Shown here: positions 1-9,678 of the stretch, one piece after another | Numbering within the stretch: the first letter of the stretch is position 1 | How the letters are laid out: the number at the start of each line of letters is the position of its first letter | NCBI GenBank assembly: GCA_035627515.1 | Contig: DASPLQ010000012.1 | Coordinates: forward strand, 970,331 to 1,034,330 | Direction of reading: 5' to 3' | DNA from: Vitreimonas sp. | GTDB lineage: Bacteria; Patescibacteriota; Microgenomatia; UBA1400; PJMF01 | DNA: 64,000 nt | Program-made: the position numbers and the translations under genes | The notes under the pieces: generated by a model | What the model was told of the DNA's origin: nothing | The model's input: the letters and a program-made list of their open reading frames with translations, nothing else | The model's database searches: none

Positions 1-2
1 TT

Positions 3-284
3 GTGTTGGCAGTAGCAGCTTGGGCCACTATTAAACGCTCTCGGACGGGCTGGCTGATCTTAGCCGGTCTAGTTACAGCCTTGGTGATCGTGATTATTTG
101 GTTGTTCTTCTGTGATCTGTTACCTTGGCTCTACTACGCCTTGGGTATCACGTTGATTGCTTTGGGTGTACGCGAAATGTGGAAGCAAAATCGCGATCAG
201 CGTCCCCCACAAGTACCTGAACAGCCAGCCATTAATCCGGCTCCACGGCGCCGCCGCGTCAATTTGAGATTTTTCTCGTTGTAA
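3..284 (+). CDS. C-terminal fragment of a membrane protein; the 5' end lies outside the window. Two transmembrane helices are followed by a Pro/Arg-rich tail.
   Basis: Open frame from the window edge. Hydrophobic helices LILAGLVTALVIVIIWLFF and LGITLIALGV. Followed by a strong terminator. Confidence 0.35.
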   Translation: MLAVAAWATIKRSRTGWLILAGLVTALVIVIIWLFFCDLLPWLYYALGITLIALGVREMWKQNRDQRPPQVPEQPAINPAPRRRRVNLRFFSL

Positions 285-305
285 AAAATTAACTTTTAAT
301 TAAAA

Positions 306-337
306 CCCCCCACTATTTTTAGTGGGGGGTTGTTTTT
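306..337 (+). terminator. Rho-independent terminator
   Basis: 9-bp stem CCCCCCACT/AGTGGGGGG with loop ATTTTT, then TTGTTTTT. Confidence 0.7.
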
Positions 338-636
338 CCTCTGGAAATTGAAGTGTTGACATTCATGCTTTTTTCGTGTCATAACTATGCATGCTCGTAC
401 AAACTATCTGCCCAGATCGTTTTAGACAGCTCATGCATTTTGCACACATTACAATGTAGGTCAGCTCACTAACCTTTAATGGGGTGAGTTTTTTTATTAG
501 CAAAATGTCGCTAGCTAGACGACAACCACAGCCGCTTGTACAGTATAAAAAATAAAGACGCAATATTTACTTTTTACTTCGCTTTGTTCAGTATTAAGTA
601 TATAAACAATATATAGAAAGGAGGTGAAAAAAAATT

Positions 637-1506
637 ATGAAACGCATATTAAAAGCTTTAGTTGTAGTGGGTTTACTCTCAACTAGTGCAGGTATGGGCA
701 CTTACGCTCTCTTCACTAGTTCAGTTTCAGCCGCTAACAACGTTATCCAAACCGGTACTTTACGGTTAGCGATCGACTCTACCCGAGCTCATATCTTAGC
801 TCTCCCACACGTTTGGAACGGTGGTAATGGTGGTGTTGTCGCTCCTTATGACGCCTATACAATCGCTCAAGATGTCAACGGAGTTTCGACTCAATATGAC
901 ACCTTGGAAGCTTGGTTAGGTGCAGCTCCTGGCGCTTTCGATCCTTATATGAACGACGCTGGTGCTGACGCATTACAAGATGGAAACCACAGTTATTGGG
1001 TAGCTTTCCGTAACAACGGTACTATCTCAATGAAAGTTTCCAGTAATGTAACTGGTGGAACATGGACCATGGATCCTGGAGTTGCTGCAACACCAACCTG
1101 TTCAGCCTTCAATCCTAACGTCGCTGGTGTCGTCACTGTCCGTAACGTACATTTGTACGCTGCTGACAACTGTGAGGCCCACGAAGAGTGTGAGAACTTA
1201 TATTACGCTCTCGAGACCGGTCCTTGGAACTATGCTAACACTTACAGTGATGGATCAGCGTTAGCCGCTCCTGTGAACATTGGTAACGGCACTCCTGTGA
1301 CCGGTACTGTGTACGCAACTCAAAACGGTACAACTGCTACTCCAGCTGTTCAGTTAGATGCTTCAGAATACGTGATCGCTCGTATCGATGTTAACTTCGA
1401 TACAACCGGCGTCGTACCTGCTGCTCAAGAGAACTGTTATCAAGGTGCTACTTTCAACTACACGTTGAATGGTAATGCCTATCAAATGACCGACGGTACT
1501 TGGTAG
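637..1506 (+). CDS. Secreted TasA/camelysin-like (M73-family fold) protein with a SipW-cognate-type signal peptide
   Basis: Strong RBS AAAGGAGGTG 9 nt upstream. N-terminus ...GMGTYALFTSSVSAANNVIQTGTLRL parallels TasA GGGTWAAFND...ASGTLDL. Internal RNNGTISMK resembles TasA ENNGSLAIK. Confidence 0.65.
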   Translation: MKRILKALVVVGLLSTSAGMGTYALFTSSVSAANNVIQTGTLRLAIDSTRAHILALPHVWNGGNGGVVAPYDAYTIAQDVNGVSTQYDTLEAWLGAAPGAFDPYMNDAGADALQDGNHSYWVAFRNNGTISMKVSSNVTGGTWTMDPGVAATPTCSAFNPNVAGVVTVRNVHLYAADNCEAHEECENLYYALETGPWNYANTYSDGSALAAPVNIGNGTPVTGTVYATQNGTTATPAVQLDASEYVIARIDVNFDTTGVVPAAQENCYQGATFNYTLNGNAYQMTDGTW

Positions 1507-1548
1507 TTTATGACCATCCTTATCGCCTGAGCAATCGGGCGATAGGCT

Positions 1549-2208
1549 ATGAGCACAAACTCAACTATGAAATCAAAAAGAGCTCAACGAGTAGGATTAT
1601 TTTTCTCAGTTTTAGAGACGGTGGGAATTATTTTATTAGTTGCTTTAGCTGCAATTACTTTTGGGACGCGAATCCCTTTGTTAGCTAACTTAGGAATTAA
1701 CTTTTTTGCGGTGACGTCAGGTTCCATGGAACCAACCATCTCAACTGGCTCACTTATTTATGTGGGAAAGTTTTTACCTGAGGCTCTTAAAGAGGGTGAC
1801 ATCATTACCTATAAAAAGGTCAGTGGTGAAAATACTACCCCAACCGTAATAACTCATCGGATTATCAAGGTTAATAAGACAGAAGAAACCCAACAAACTA
1901 ATTCGGGTGAAAAGAAATTAGTTACGTATGAGTTCAAGACTAAAGGTGATGCTAATGGTCAAGAAGATGCCTATAATGTAGTTTTGGGTGAAATTATTGG
2001 CCTTTATAAATGGCACGTTCCTAGTCTAGGTTACTTAACTTCCTTTGCACAAACCCCCTTTGGATTTGCTACACTGGTAATTGTGCCCGCTGTGATTTTG
2101 GTTATGTGGGAAGTACTTTCATTGATGCTACACTTTAAGCAAGAATACGCATTAAAATCAGAAAGAGAGATCGCAAAACTGCGAGCTGAATTAGAAAACA
2201 AAAGTTAA
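1549..2208 (+). CDS. sipW: Signal peptidase I of the SipW (archaeal/ER-like S26) type
   Basis: Catalytic-serine motif AVTSGSMEPTISTGSLIYV. N-terminal and C-terminal transmembrane helices. Sits immediately after the TasA-like gene. Confidence 0.75.
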   Translation: MSTNSTMKSKRAQRVGLFFSVLETVGIILLVALAAITFGTRIPLLANLGINFFAVTSGSMEPTISTGSLIYVGKFLPEALKEGDIITYKKVSGENTTPTVITHRIIKVNKTEETQQTNSGEKKLVTYEFKTKGDANGQEDAYNVVLGEIIGLYKWHVPSLGYLTSFAQTPFGFATLVIVPAVILVMWEVLSLMLHFKQEYALKSEREIAKLRAELENKS

Positions 2209-2212
2209 AACC

Positions 2213-5200
2213 ATGTCCAAACGAATCACTTTTTTTACTAGCATCAAAATAATTTTACCTTTTATTGCTTTAATGCTGTCGGTAGTTGGTGTGACTTACC
2301 AGTTTAATGGTACTGGTGCTTTTGTTACTTCAGCTGTTCAAGCTGCCAGTAACCTTATTGGTCCTGGTCTTTTCCCAACCCCTTGTACCGAGGGTGAGAA
2401 ATGGTTAGATGAGGTGATTACAGGTCAAACGACCCAAGGACCGTTGAAGAATAACTCTCCAGTCACTGATCCGTTGCGAACTGATCCTACAAAATTGTTG
2501 GGCTCAACCGATAGTGCTTTTTACTCTCTAGGTAAAGCTGGGGTAGTGGTTGCTCGGTTCGAGAACTCGATTGAAGATGGCTCAGGTGATGACTTAGTCA
2601 TCAATGAAGTCACTTTTGGTGATCGTAACACCTATGCAGAAGAGACGGCTTTAGTAGAAGTAAGTCAAGATGGCACGACCTGGTTTGCACTTCCGGAAGC
2701 GGTGACCAGTAAAGCTACTGGTGGTGTGAATGGACTTGATATTTCCAGTACTGGTTTGTCATCAGTCTTATATATCCGTTTAACTGACACTACTAATTTT
2801 GGTCCTCACGACGCCAACGCTGATGGTATTGATATTGAATCAGTACAAGCTATCTACGGCCTCTGTGAAGTCTTACCAGTTGAGTCGGGCTCTATCTCTG
2901 GTGCTAAATACCAAGACAACAACACTAATGGCCAAAAAGATAATGGGGAGAGTGGTTTACAAGGATGGAGTATTTATGCTGGGGTTAAAGTGTGGGAAAG
3001 TGATGTCCAAGCTCAAGATACTCCAGCAGTTAACTCACCAAATCTTGATAACGGTGTTGCATATATTGCGCGAGTCACTGGGACGTACGATGCTGGTGAT
3101 GGTATTAATGCTGATGCTCTGTATTCCTATCGCACACCCACTTCTAGTTCCTGGACTGACGCAGTTAATAGCTACGAAGGTTATGGTCCTACTTTATTAG
3201 ACCTACAAATTGACGGTAGCTCAGTTAGCTGGGGTGATTACAACACTAATCATGTTTATTGGTTGCCATTAACTGGCGCTGGTACCACCAAATCTTTTGA
3301 AATTTATGACCTTAATAATGGTTCTAATAACGCGGGCAACCTCCATGTCGAGTTATTCCGCGTCATTGCTCAAGATATTACCGATGCTACTGGTAATTAC
3401 GATCTCGATTGGTCAGGTTATCCGACGGACACGATTTACCTATTCGAAGGTATGCAAAGTGGCTGGACACAAACCGAGCCCGGTGCAGCTAACTACTATC
3501 ATTCAGTTGCTGCTGATCAACGCGAAAACACCTTCAATTTTGGTAATCAACAAAGTAACGTCAGTGCACCGCAGATTTCCGATGTTACTGTCTGTAAAGT
3601 TGACCAAGCACAACAAGCCCTGAATGGCTGGAAGATGGTGCTTCATCAACCTTCAGTTTTAGAAACAGTGCGTGTTTACCCATCCGATGCCAATGGTGCC
3701 TTCGGCGGCTCAGTTAATCAAATAGTCGCCTCTAGTAACTTAAGTTTGGATGATTACGTCCTGATGGCAAATGGGATGTACACGTACCGCAGTGAGATGA
3801 ATGCGACTAGTAGTGATGCTACCTTCTCACAACGCGCTACTTATGATCCAGTCTATGGTGGTGCATATGCGCCTTGGGTTAACGTCACCACTTTCCCTAA
3901 TCCAAATACGGGTTGGTTAGGAGTGATGGTTAATGGCAGCAGTACCAACTGGGCTAATGCTTACAACCCTGACCATATTTACGCCTTAGGTTATGAAAAT
4001 TACAGTGGTCAATTTAACTTCACTATTCTTGATGACATTTATTCAGACAATAATGGTTACATCGATGTTGCTGTGTACAAAGGATGGGCTCAAGAGACAG
4101 CTAGTAACGGTTGTACGACTTTCCAAGATGTTCCTTATGGTAGTTACACTTTAGAAGAAATTGGTCAAAGTGGTTGGCAATACCAAAGTGGTGACCAAGG
4201 TACAGTCGTTGTCGATGGTGCTACCGAAACCTTTACTTTAGTCAATGCAGCCGTAAATACCAATACTGCTCCTGTTTCTAGCATGACTGTGACCAGTAGT
4301 CCTACAAAACAAATTGAGAATCGAATTTCTAATGGTGGCTTTGAATCAGGCTTGGATAACTGGACACATGTTGGTGATGTAGAAGTCATTAACAGTAGTG
4401 ATGTCAGTGCCGATCCTGCTGTCTTTGGTCAAAAACTGGTTCGCATTGGCCGGCCTACCAGCCCTGGCAACAGTGTGGATGTCAATATCTTGTCACAAGA
4501 TGTCAGCAATGCAGGTAATGGTTTGCGCTCTGTCGGCTTCTGGTACAACTTTAAGACCTTTGAATCAGGTGATGGCTTTGATGAGCCTGGCTTCATGGTT
4601 TTCGTAGGTGATCAGATGGTACACCAAGTATGGGCCAGTGATGTGCTAACAGACAGCAACAGTGCTACCCTCGATGAATCGGGTTGGCAATTCATCTCCA
4701 TTGACTTAACAGACTTGTCTGACTCGACTCTCAGCTTAGCCTTCTATGGTGGAAACTCTGGTGATCTTAGTTATCAGTCATATGTAGAAGTTGATAACGT
4801 CACCACTAATGAAGCCGCTGTAAATGCAGCTGCTGAGTTCACCCTGCAAGCTACCGATAACACTGCCGTCAGTGCCGTTCATTATCGCTACACAGTCGGT
4901 GGTTCGGAAACCCACGTTTCCACTGCCGGTGATACTGTTAACTTCTCCATTACGGCTCAGCCAGACAATGGCATTATCGAGTACTGGGCTGTTGATAGCG
5001 CCAGTATGGAAGAAAATCACAAGAGCTTCCACGTTATGTATGATAATGCAGCGCCCGCAGCTATTGCTAACCTAGATGTTACCGATGATAGTAATGGCGA
5101 CTTTACTTTGACCTGGGTAGCCCCCACAGATGCTAATCCGTATAACCTCGACAAAGCCGCTGAATATGATATCCGCTACGCTACTAATCAAGGGGACTTG

Positions 5201-6289
5201 ACCGCTGCTAACTGGGACAGCTTACCTCAAGCAACAATTAAAAACATCGATGGCTTGCCTGGTGGTGGTACTCGAGCACCTTTAATGTCAGGTAGTACCG
5301 AAGTGTACAGTGTTCACGTCAATGGTAGCTCCAGTGAGTATTGGTTTGCAGTTCGCTCACGAGATCGAGCTCGCAACCTTTCCGATCTCTCAGAGGTTAG
5401 TAGTTCTGGCACCACTAGTACACCAGTCTCAGTTCAAGCTGGCGATGTCATCATTAATGAAGTGATGTGGATGGGTAGCACTACTGGTCCAGCAGATGAG
5501 TGGATTGAGTTGCGCAATATGACTAGTGCTGACATTAACTTAACCAACTGGACAGTTGAAGGCTTAGGAACCGGTGGCGCTTTGACCATTACTTCAGGCA
5601 CCTTACCTGCTAATGGTTACTTCGTCATTGCTAACTCTGCAGCAGCTTCATCTGCCTTACTCAACGAACCTCACTTTGTGACCAGTACTGTTGAGTTAGC
5701 TAACACCGGTGAACAGCTAATTCTCAAAGACAGTAGTGCCGCACTTATCGATCAAACGCCGGCTGGTGTCTGGGCTGCAGGTAGTAATACTGCTCAGAAG
5801 CGATCGATGGAACGCAACAACACTCCTGGTGATGGCAGTGATGTCGCTAATTGGCACAGCTGTGATTCACAAAGCTGTACAGAAGCGCGCTCACTTTATT
5901 GGGACAGTGTAGGGGAGAACTATGGCACACCAAACGCCGCTAACTTATCTTTCACTGAAGCTGAGATAGTGCCTGAAGCTCACTTGACCCAACCTAACCC
6001 TGAGCACGTTTTATTAAGCCTCTCAGGTGTGCAGATCTACACCACTGCTGAATACACTATTGAGTATCAACACGAAGTAGATGGTCAACAGGTCAGTGAT
6101 GCTATTACTGATAAATTGGAGTTTCCATTAACGAGTCGTGATATTAAAACAGCAGAGTTGTTCTTAGGCACCTGTTCTAGCGATGAACAAAGCTGTGTTC
6201 CACACCAAAAAGTCACTTTACTTAAAGCCACAATTACTCTCAAGGCTGAGGGTGTGAGTGACAAAACATTAGCAGTAGAATTAGAATAA
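2213..6289 (+). CDS. Giant (1358 aa) secreted surface or adhesin protein. SipW-cognate-like N-terminus, CnaB/SdrD-B-type repeats, and a C-terminal lamin-tail domain.
   Basis: N-terminus ...VTYQFNGTGAFVTSAVQA. Motif SGAKYQDNNTNGQKDNGESGLQGW is SdrD-B/CnaB-like. LTD motif AGDVIINEVMWMGSTTGPADEWIELRNMTSADINLTNWTV. Confidence 0.6.
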   Translation: MSKRITFFTSIKIILPFIALMLSVVGVTYQFNGTGAFVTSAVQAASNLIGPGLFPTPCTEGEKWLDEVITGQTTQGPLKNNSPVTDPLRTDPTKLLGSTDSAFYSLGKAGVVVARFENSIEDGSGDDLVINEVTFGDRNTYAEETALVEVSQDGTTWFALPEAVTSKATGGVNGLDISSTGLSSVLYIRLTDTTNFGPHDANADGIDIESVQAIYGLCEVLPVESGSISGAKYQDNNTNGQKDNGESGLQGWSIYAGVKVWESDVQAQDTPAVNSPNLDNGVAYIARVTGTYDAGDGINADALYSYRTPTSSSWTDAVNSYEGYGPTLLDLQIDGSSVSWGDYNTNHVYWLPLTGAGTTKSFEIYDLNNGSNNAGNLHVELFRVIAQDITDATGNYDLDWSGYPTDTIYLFEGMQSGWTQTEPGAANYYHSVAADQRENTFNFGNQQSNVSAPQISDVTVCKVDQAQQALNGWKMVLHQPSVLETVRVYPSDANGAFGGSVNQIVASSNLSLDDYVLMANGMYTYRSEMNATSSDATFSQRATYDPVYGGAYAPWVNVTTFPNPNTGWLGVMVNGSSTNWANAYNPDHIYALGYENYSGQFNFTILDDIYSDNNGYIDVAVYKGWAQETASNGCTTFQDVPYGSYTLEEIGQSGWQYQSGDQGTVVVDGATETFTLVNAAVNTNTAPVSSMTVTSSPTKQIENRISNGGFESGLDNWTHVGDVEVINSSDVSADPAVFGQKLVRIGRPTSPGNSVDVNILSQDVSNAGNGLRSVGFWYNFKTFESGDGFDEPGFMVFVGDQMVHQVWASDVLTDSNSATLDESGWQFISIDLTDLSDSTLSLAFYGGNSGDLSYQSYVEVDNVTTNEAAVNAAAEFTLQATDNTAVSAVHYRYTVGGSETHVSTAGDTVNFSITAQPDNGIIEYWAVDSASMEENHKSFHVMYDNAAPAAIANLDVTDDSNGDFTLTWVAPTDANPYNLDKAAEYDIRYATNQGDLTAANWDSLPQATIKNIDGLPGGGTRAPLMSGSTEVYSVHVNGSSSEYWFAVRSRDRARNLSDLSEVSSSGTTSTPVSVQAGDVIINEVMWMGSTTGPADEWIELRNMTSADINLTNWTVEGLGTGGALTITSGTLPANGYFVIANSAAASSALLNEPHFVTSTVELANTGEQLILKDSSAALIDQTPAGVWAAGSNTAQKRSMERNNTPGDGSDVANWHSCDSQSCTEARSLYWDSVGENYGTPNAANLSFTEAEIVPEAHLTQPNPEHVLLSLSGVQIYTTAEYTIEYQHEVDGQQVSDAITDKLEFPLTSRDIKTAELFLGTCSSDEQSCVPHQKVTLLKATITLKAEGVSDKTLAVELE

Positions 6290-6306
6290 CGAAATACCTA
6301 TACGTC

Positions 6307-7671
6307 ATGAAAAAACTCATTGCTGCCTTATTTACCGCTGTTGGTTTGAGTTGGGCTGTAGCCGCTCCAGTTCAGGCTGGTACTAACTTAACTGTTACCT
6401 GTCCCGCTGTTGGCACGTGTAGCATTAGTCCCAGTGGCACACCACTTTTTGACGAAGCTGGTTGGATTCCAGGTTCCAGTGTCACACAGTATTTCCGGAT
6501 GTCTAACACTTCTTCACAAAACGGTTTTGCAGCAGTAGAAGTTGTTAACTACACCGAGACTAAAAACTTAGGTGCAGTGATTGATATTGAGATTCGTAAG
6601 AACTCGCCTTTAGGACCATTGGTGTATAACGGTGTTAGCCTCCATGATTTTAGAGATGATGGCTACTTTACGATCGATGGCATGAATGCCGGTCAAACCA
6701 CTGATTATTTTGTGATTGCTACCATGCGCACTACAGCTGGTAATGAGTACCAAGGTGCTATGGTCCGGTTTGATTTAAATATGGGCTTAGAAATCACCCC
6801 TATCCCACCTCAAAGCGGTGGTGGTGACGGTGCGGGTAACCCCGGTGGCGGTGGTGGTGGCACGTCTGCACCTGGACCAGCTTCACCCCCAGTTTGTACT
6901 GCTCAAGTTCCTTCAGCTGCTCCCAGTGTAACTATCTCTAATGTCGGCACTAATACAGTGACGCTCACTTGGACAGCTGTCAGTCCAGTTACTCATTATG
7001 GCTTATTCTTCACTCGTAACTCTGATGGCGCCCAATACGGTGCCCCCAATATTGGGAATGTGAACTCTTACACCATTACTAACTTGTCGGGTGGTGCTAA
7101 CTATACCTTCCAAGTCTTCGGTGTTAACGACTGTGCTCCTGGACCCCGATCTGGCAATGCTAGCTCCGGTGTGGTGCCAGGTCCGTTCATTGATGCCCGA
7201 CCAGTTGGTCCAGGTGGTCAAGTGCTCGGCGTCAGTACTGAAGCTTCGCCTTCACCTAGTCCCTCTCCTTCACCTTCACCCAGTGCTTCACCATTAGGTG
7301 AGGTGGCAGGCGCTGCCATAGAGGTTTGTTCACAATGGAAACTATATATTCCTTGGATCCTGCTTGTTATGCAGCTATTCTTCATCTTGGTTGCGGAGTA
7401 TTACTTCCGCCGCGATGAAGGTTGGACAAAGTACTTCATTATTGTAGGTGTCACACTAGCGTCCATTGCCATCTTCTATTGGCTCAGAGAGTGTAACTGT
7501 TTCGGACGCTGGTCATGGCTAGTCTGGTTATGTAAATGGTACTGGTTGGTGTCATTGATCTTGACCTTACTACTTCGCTTGTTCAGCTACGCCTTCCTCG
7601 AAGAAACAGAAGACGAGAGTGACAAGCCCAAGCCAGCTGTCAAAAAAGAAGTGGTTGAGATCAAAGAGTAA
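6307..7671 (+). CDS. Secreted protein with a TasA-like N-domain, an FN3-like domain, Gly-rich and (SP)n linkers, and an unusual Cys/Trp-rich three-helix C-terminal membrane anchor
   Basis: Signal peptide AVAAPVQA|GT. WIPGSSVTQYFRMSNTSSQNGFAAVEV is TasA-like. SPSPSPSPSPSPS linker. C-terminal helices contain CNCFGRWSWLVWLCKWYW. Confidence 0.5.
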   Translation: MKKLIAALFTAVGLSWAVAAPVQAGTNLTVTCPAVGTCSISPSGTPLFDEAGWIPGSSVTQYFRMSNTSSQNGFAAVEVVNYTETKNLGAVIDIEIRKNSPLGPLVYNGVSLHDFRDDGYFTIDGMNAGQTTDYFVIATMRTTAGNEYQGAMVRFDLNMGLEITPIPPQSGGGDGAGNPGGGGGGTSAPGPASPPVCTAQVPSAAPSVTISNVGTNTVTLTWTAVSPVTHYGLFFTRNSDGAQYGAPNIGNVNSYTITNLSGGANYTFQVFGVNDCAPGPRSGNASSGVVPGPFIDARPVGPGGQVLGVSTEASPSPSPSPSPSPSASPLGEVAGAAIEVCSQWKLYIPWILLVMQLFFILVAEYYFRRDEGWTKYFIIVGVTLASIAIFYWLRECNCFGRWSWLVWLCKWYWLVSLILTLLLRLFSYAFLEETEDESDKPKPAVKKEVVEIKE

Positions 7672-7707
7672 CTTGTCTAATTTCCTAAAACTCCGCATAA
7701 TGGGAGA

Positions 7708-8652
7708 GTGTCAAATCTGCTCAAAACGTTAGCGCACTTGTTTCATCCACGGCGATCCAATAACCACCGGGCGCGTGTGCTGCACCCCGAAGCATTAGCC
7801 TATCTGATTTTGATCGTGATTGGCTTTGGGGGTTTAATCCAAAGCGTTAGTTTTTTACCACTGGGGTGGGGTGATGTTTTAGGTTTTGCCTCTTCTATTA
7901 CTCCTAATCAAGTTATCGAACAGACCAATCAAGAACGCCAAAAAGTGGGTTTGCCTCCGCTGGTTTATAACGAACGTTTAGCCCAGGCAGCCCTTTCCAA
8001 AGGCCAAGATATGTTCTCTGAACAATACTGGGCCCATACCTCACCAGCCGGAAAGCAACCATGGGCGTTTATTAAAGACTCAGGATATACCTACCGAGCT
8101 GCTGGAGAAAATCTAGCGCGTGATTTTTCAAATACCGATGACATGGTCCGAGCTTGGATGGCGTCACCTACGCACCGGGCTAACATCGTCAATGCCAAGT
8201 ATCAAGAAATTGGGATTGCGGTCATTGATGGTGAGTTGCAAGGTTTTGAAACAACATTGGTAGTCCAGATGTTTGGAACCCCAATGGCTGGCGCACCACA
8301 GGTAGCACAGGCTGAGGAGCCCGTAGCCGTAGTCAATGAAGTAGTCCCAGTGGAAGAAACAGCACCTTTACCCGTTGCAACCGAAACCCAACCCAACACT
8401 CCCACGGTGCTAGCTCAAGCGTTAGTTCCCCAGGGTAGTCTTACGGTGCCACCCTTTTTCTCACCGCTGCACTTAACCAAAGCCTTTTTCTTAGCTGTGA
8501 TCTTGTTATTAATTTTTACTCTCATTTACGATGCATTCATTATCAGTCATCGCCAAACCTTACGCTTAGTGGGCAAGAACTTGGGTCATATCATCTTTTT
8601 GACCATCATTGGCTTTTTGGTGATTTTATTTAAGGGAGGCTTAGTAGGCTAA
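7708..8652 (+). CDS. CAP/SCP (PR-1-like, YkwD-type) domain protein with an N-terminal transmembrane helix and a C-terminal transmembrane helix. GTG start.
   Basis: NQERQKVGLPPLVYNERLAQAALSKGQDM...WAHTSPAG...NIVNAKYQEIGIAV is typical of the CAP superfamily. Confidence 0.6.
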   Translation: MSNLLKTLAHLFHPRRSNNHRARVLHPEALAYLILIVIGFGGLIQSVSFLPLGWGDVLGFASSITPNQVIEQTNQERQKVGLPPLVYNERLAQAALSKGQDMFSEQYWAHTSPAGKQPWAFIKDSGYTYRAAGENLARDFSNTDDMVRAWMASPTHRANIVNAKYQEIGIAVIDGELQGFETTLVVQMFGTPMAGAPQVAQAEEPVAVVNEVVPVEETAPLPVATETQPNTPTVLAQALVPQGSLTVPPFFSPLHLTKAFFLAVILLLIFTLIYDAFIISHRQTLRLVGKNLGHIIFLTIIGFLVILFKGGLVG

Positions 8653-8909
8653 TGAAAAATGAACTTCTCCGCCATCGCTTAGCTTACCTGATTTTAGTGA
8701 CAGGTTTAGGTGGGTTGACCTTGCTTTATTTGTCAGTGTGGCCAAATCTGGCATATCAACGACTTGTGATTTTAGCGTTATGTTTGTTTTATTTTGCATG
8801 GGGAGTAAGTACTCATTTGAAGACTGACCGTTACACCAACCGCGTTGCCTATGAATACTTGGGGATGTCTGCGCTGGGAGGAATGGTATTATTTCTTGTC
8901 ACCTTGTGA
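8652..8909 (+). CDS. Small membrane protein (3 transmembrane helices), hypothetical
   Basis: ATGA-type overlap with the upstream gene. Hydrophobic helices. Confidence 0.35.
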   Translation: MKNELLRHRLAYLILVTGLGGLTLLYLSVWPNLAYQRLVILALCLFYFAWGVSTHLKTDRYTNRVAYEYLGMSALGGMVLFLVTL

Positions 8910-8946
8910 CATATCTATGATAGACTAACCCACAGGAAAGGACTCT

Positions 8947-9666
8947 ATGAAAGGTATTATTTTAGCTGGTGGCTCTGGGACGCGTTTGCGACCTCTCACC
9001 AAAGTCACTAGTAAACAGTTACTGCCCATTTACAACAAGCCCATGATTTTTTATCCGTTGGAAACGTTGTTGACGGCCGGTATCAAGGATATCTTAATCA
9101 TAGTGGCTCCAGATCATGCCGGTGACTTTTTGAAGTTACTAGGTAGTGGCAAAGAATTCGGCTGCAAATTCACCTATGAAATTCAAGATAAACCTGAAGG
9201 TTTAGCTCAGGCTTTTATTATTGGTGAAAATTTTATTGGTAATGATTCCGTGACCCTCATTTTAGGGGATAATGTTTTCGAAGATAATTTTTCTGAGGCA
9301 ATTACTGGTTTCCAACGCGGTGGCCGTATTTTTGCTAAGAAAGTCAGTGACCCAGAGCGGTTTGGTGTGGTGGAGTTTGATGAAAATACCAAGGCTATTT
9401 CTATTGAAGAAAAACCAGCTCAACCCAAATCAAATTACGCAGTCACTGGTTTGTATATTTATGACAATACTGTGGTTCAAAAAGCTCGTAATCTTCAGCC
9501 TTCCCCTCGTGGTGAGTTAGAAATTACTGATCTGAACAATGTCTATCTTCGGGAGGGTTCGTTAGATGTCGCTTTTGTAGAAGGTAAATGGTTAGACACT
9601 GGGACCTTTGAATCATTATTTGAAGCCATTGCCTTTGCGCGCGAAAAAGAACTCGTAAAAGCTTAA
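8947..9666 (+). CDS. Sugar-phosphate nucleotidyltransferase, RmlA-like (glucose-1-phosphate thymidylyltransferase family), short form
   Basis: [53 protein letters not shown] is a near-consensus RmlA N-terminus. At 239 aa it is shorter than canonical RmlA. Confidence 0.65.
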   Translation: MKGIILAGGSGTRLRPLTKVTSKQLLPIYNKPMIFYPLETLLTAGIKDILIIVAPDHAGDFLKLLGSGKEFGCKFTYEIQDKPEGLAQAFIIGENFIGNDSVTLILGDNVFEDNFSEAITGFQRGGRIFAKKVSDPERFGVVEFDENTKAISIEEKPAQPKSNYAVTGLYIYDNTVVQKARNLQPSPRGELEITDLNNVYLREGSLDVAFVEGKWLDTGTFESLFEAIAFAREKELVKA

Positions 9667-9678
9667 CAGTAACCAAGC

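Noticed and set aside
363-563. 66-aa minus-strand ORF in the intergenic region upstream of the TasA-like gene
   Set aside because: Low-complexity, Cys-rich, with no RBS. It lies in a region better explained as promoter and leader of the + strand operon.
2799-5075. Several 69-133-aa ORFs (2799..3200, 3297..3623, 4165..4389, 4398..4607, 4778..5032, 4824..5075) inside the giant adhesin gene
   Set aside because: They are fully embedded in or antisense to a 1358-aa ORF with coherent domain structure. These are alternative-frame artefacts.
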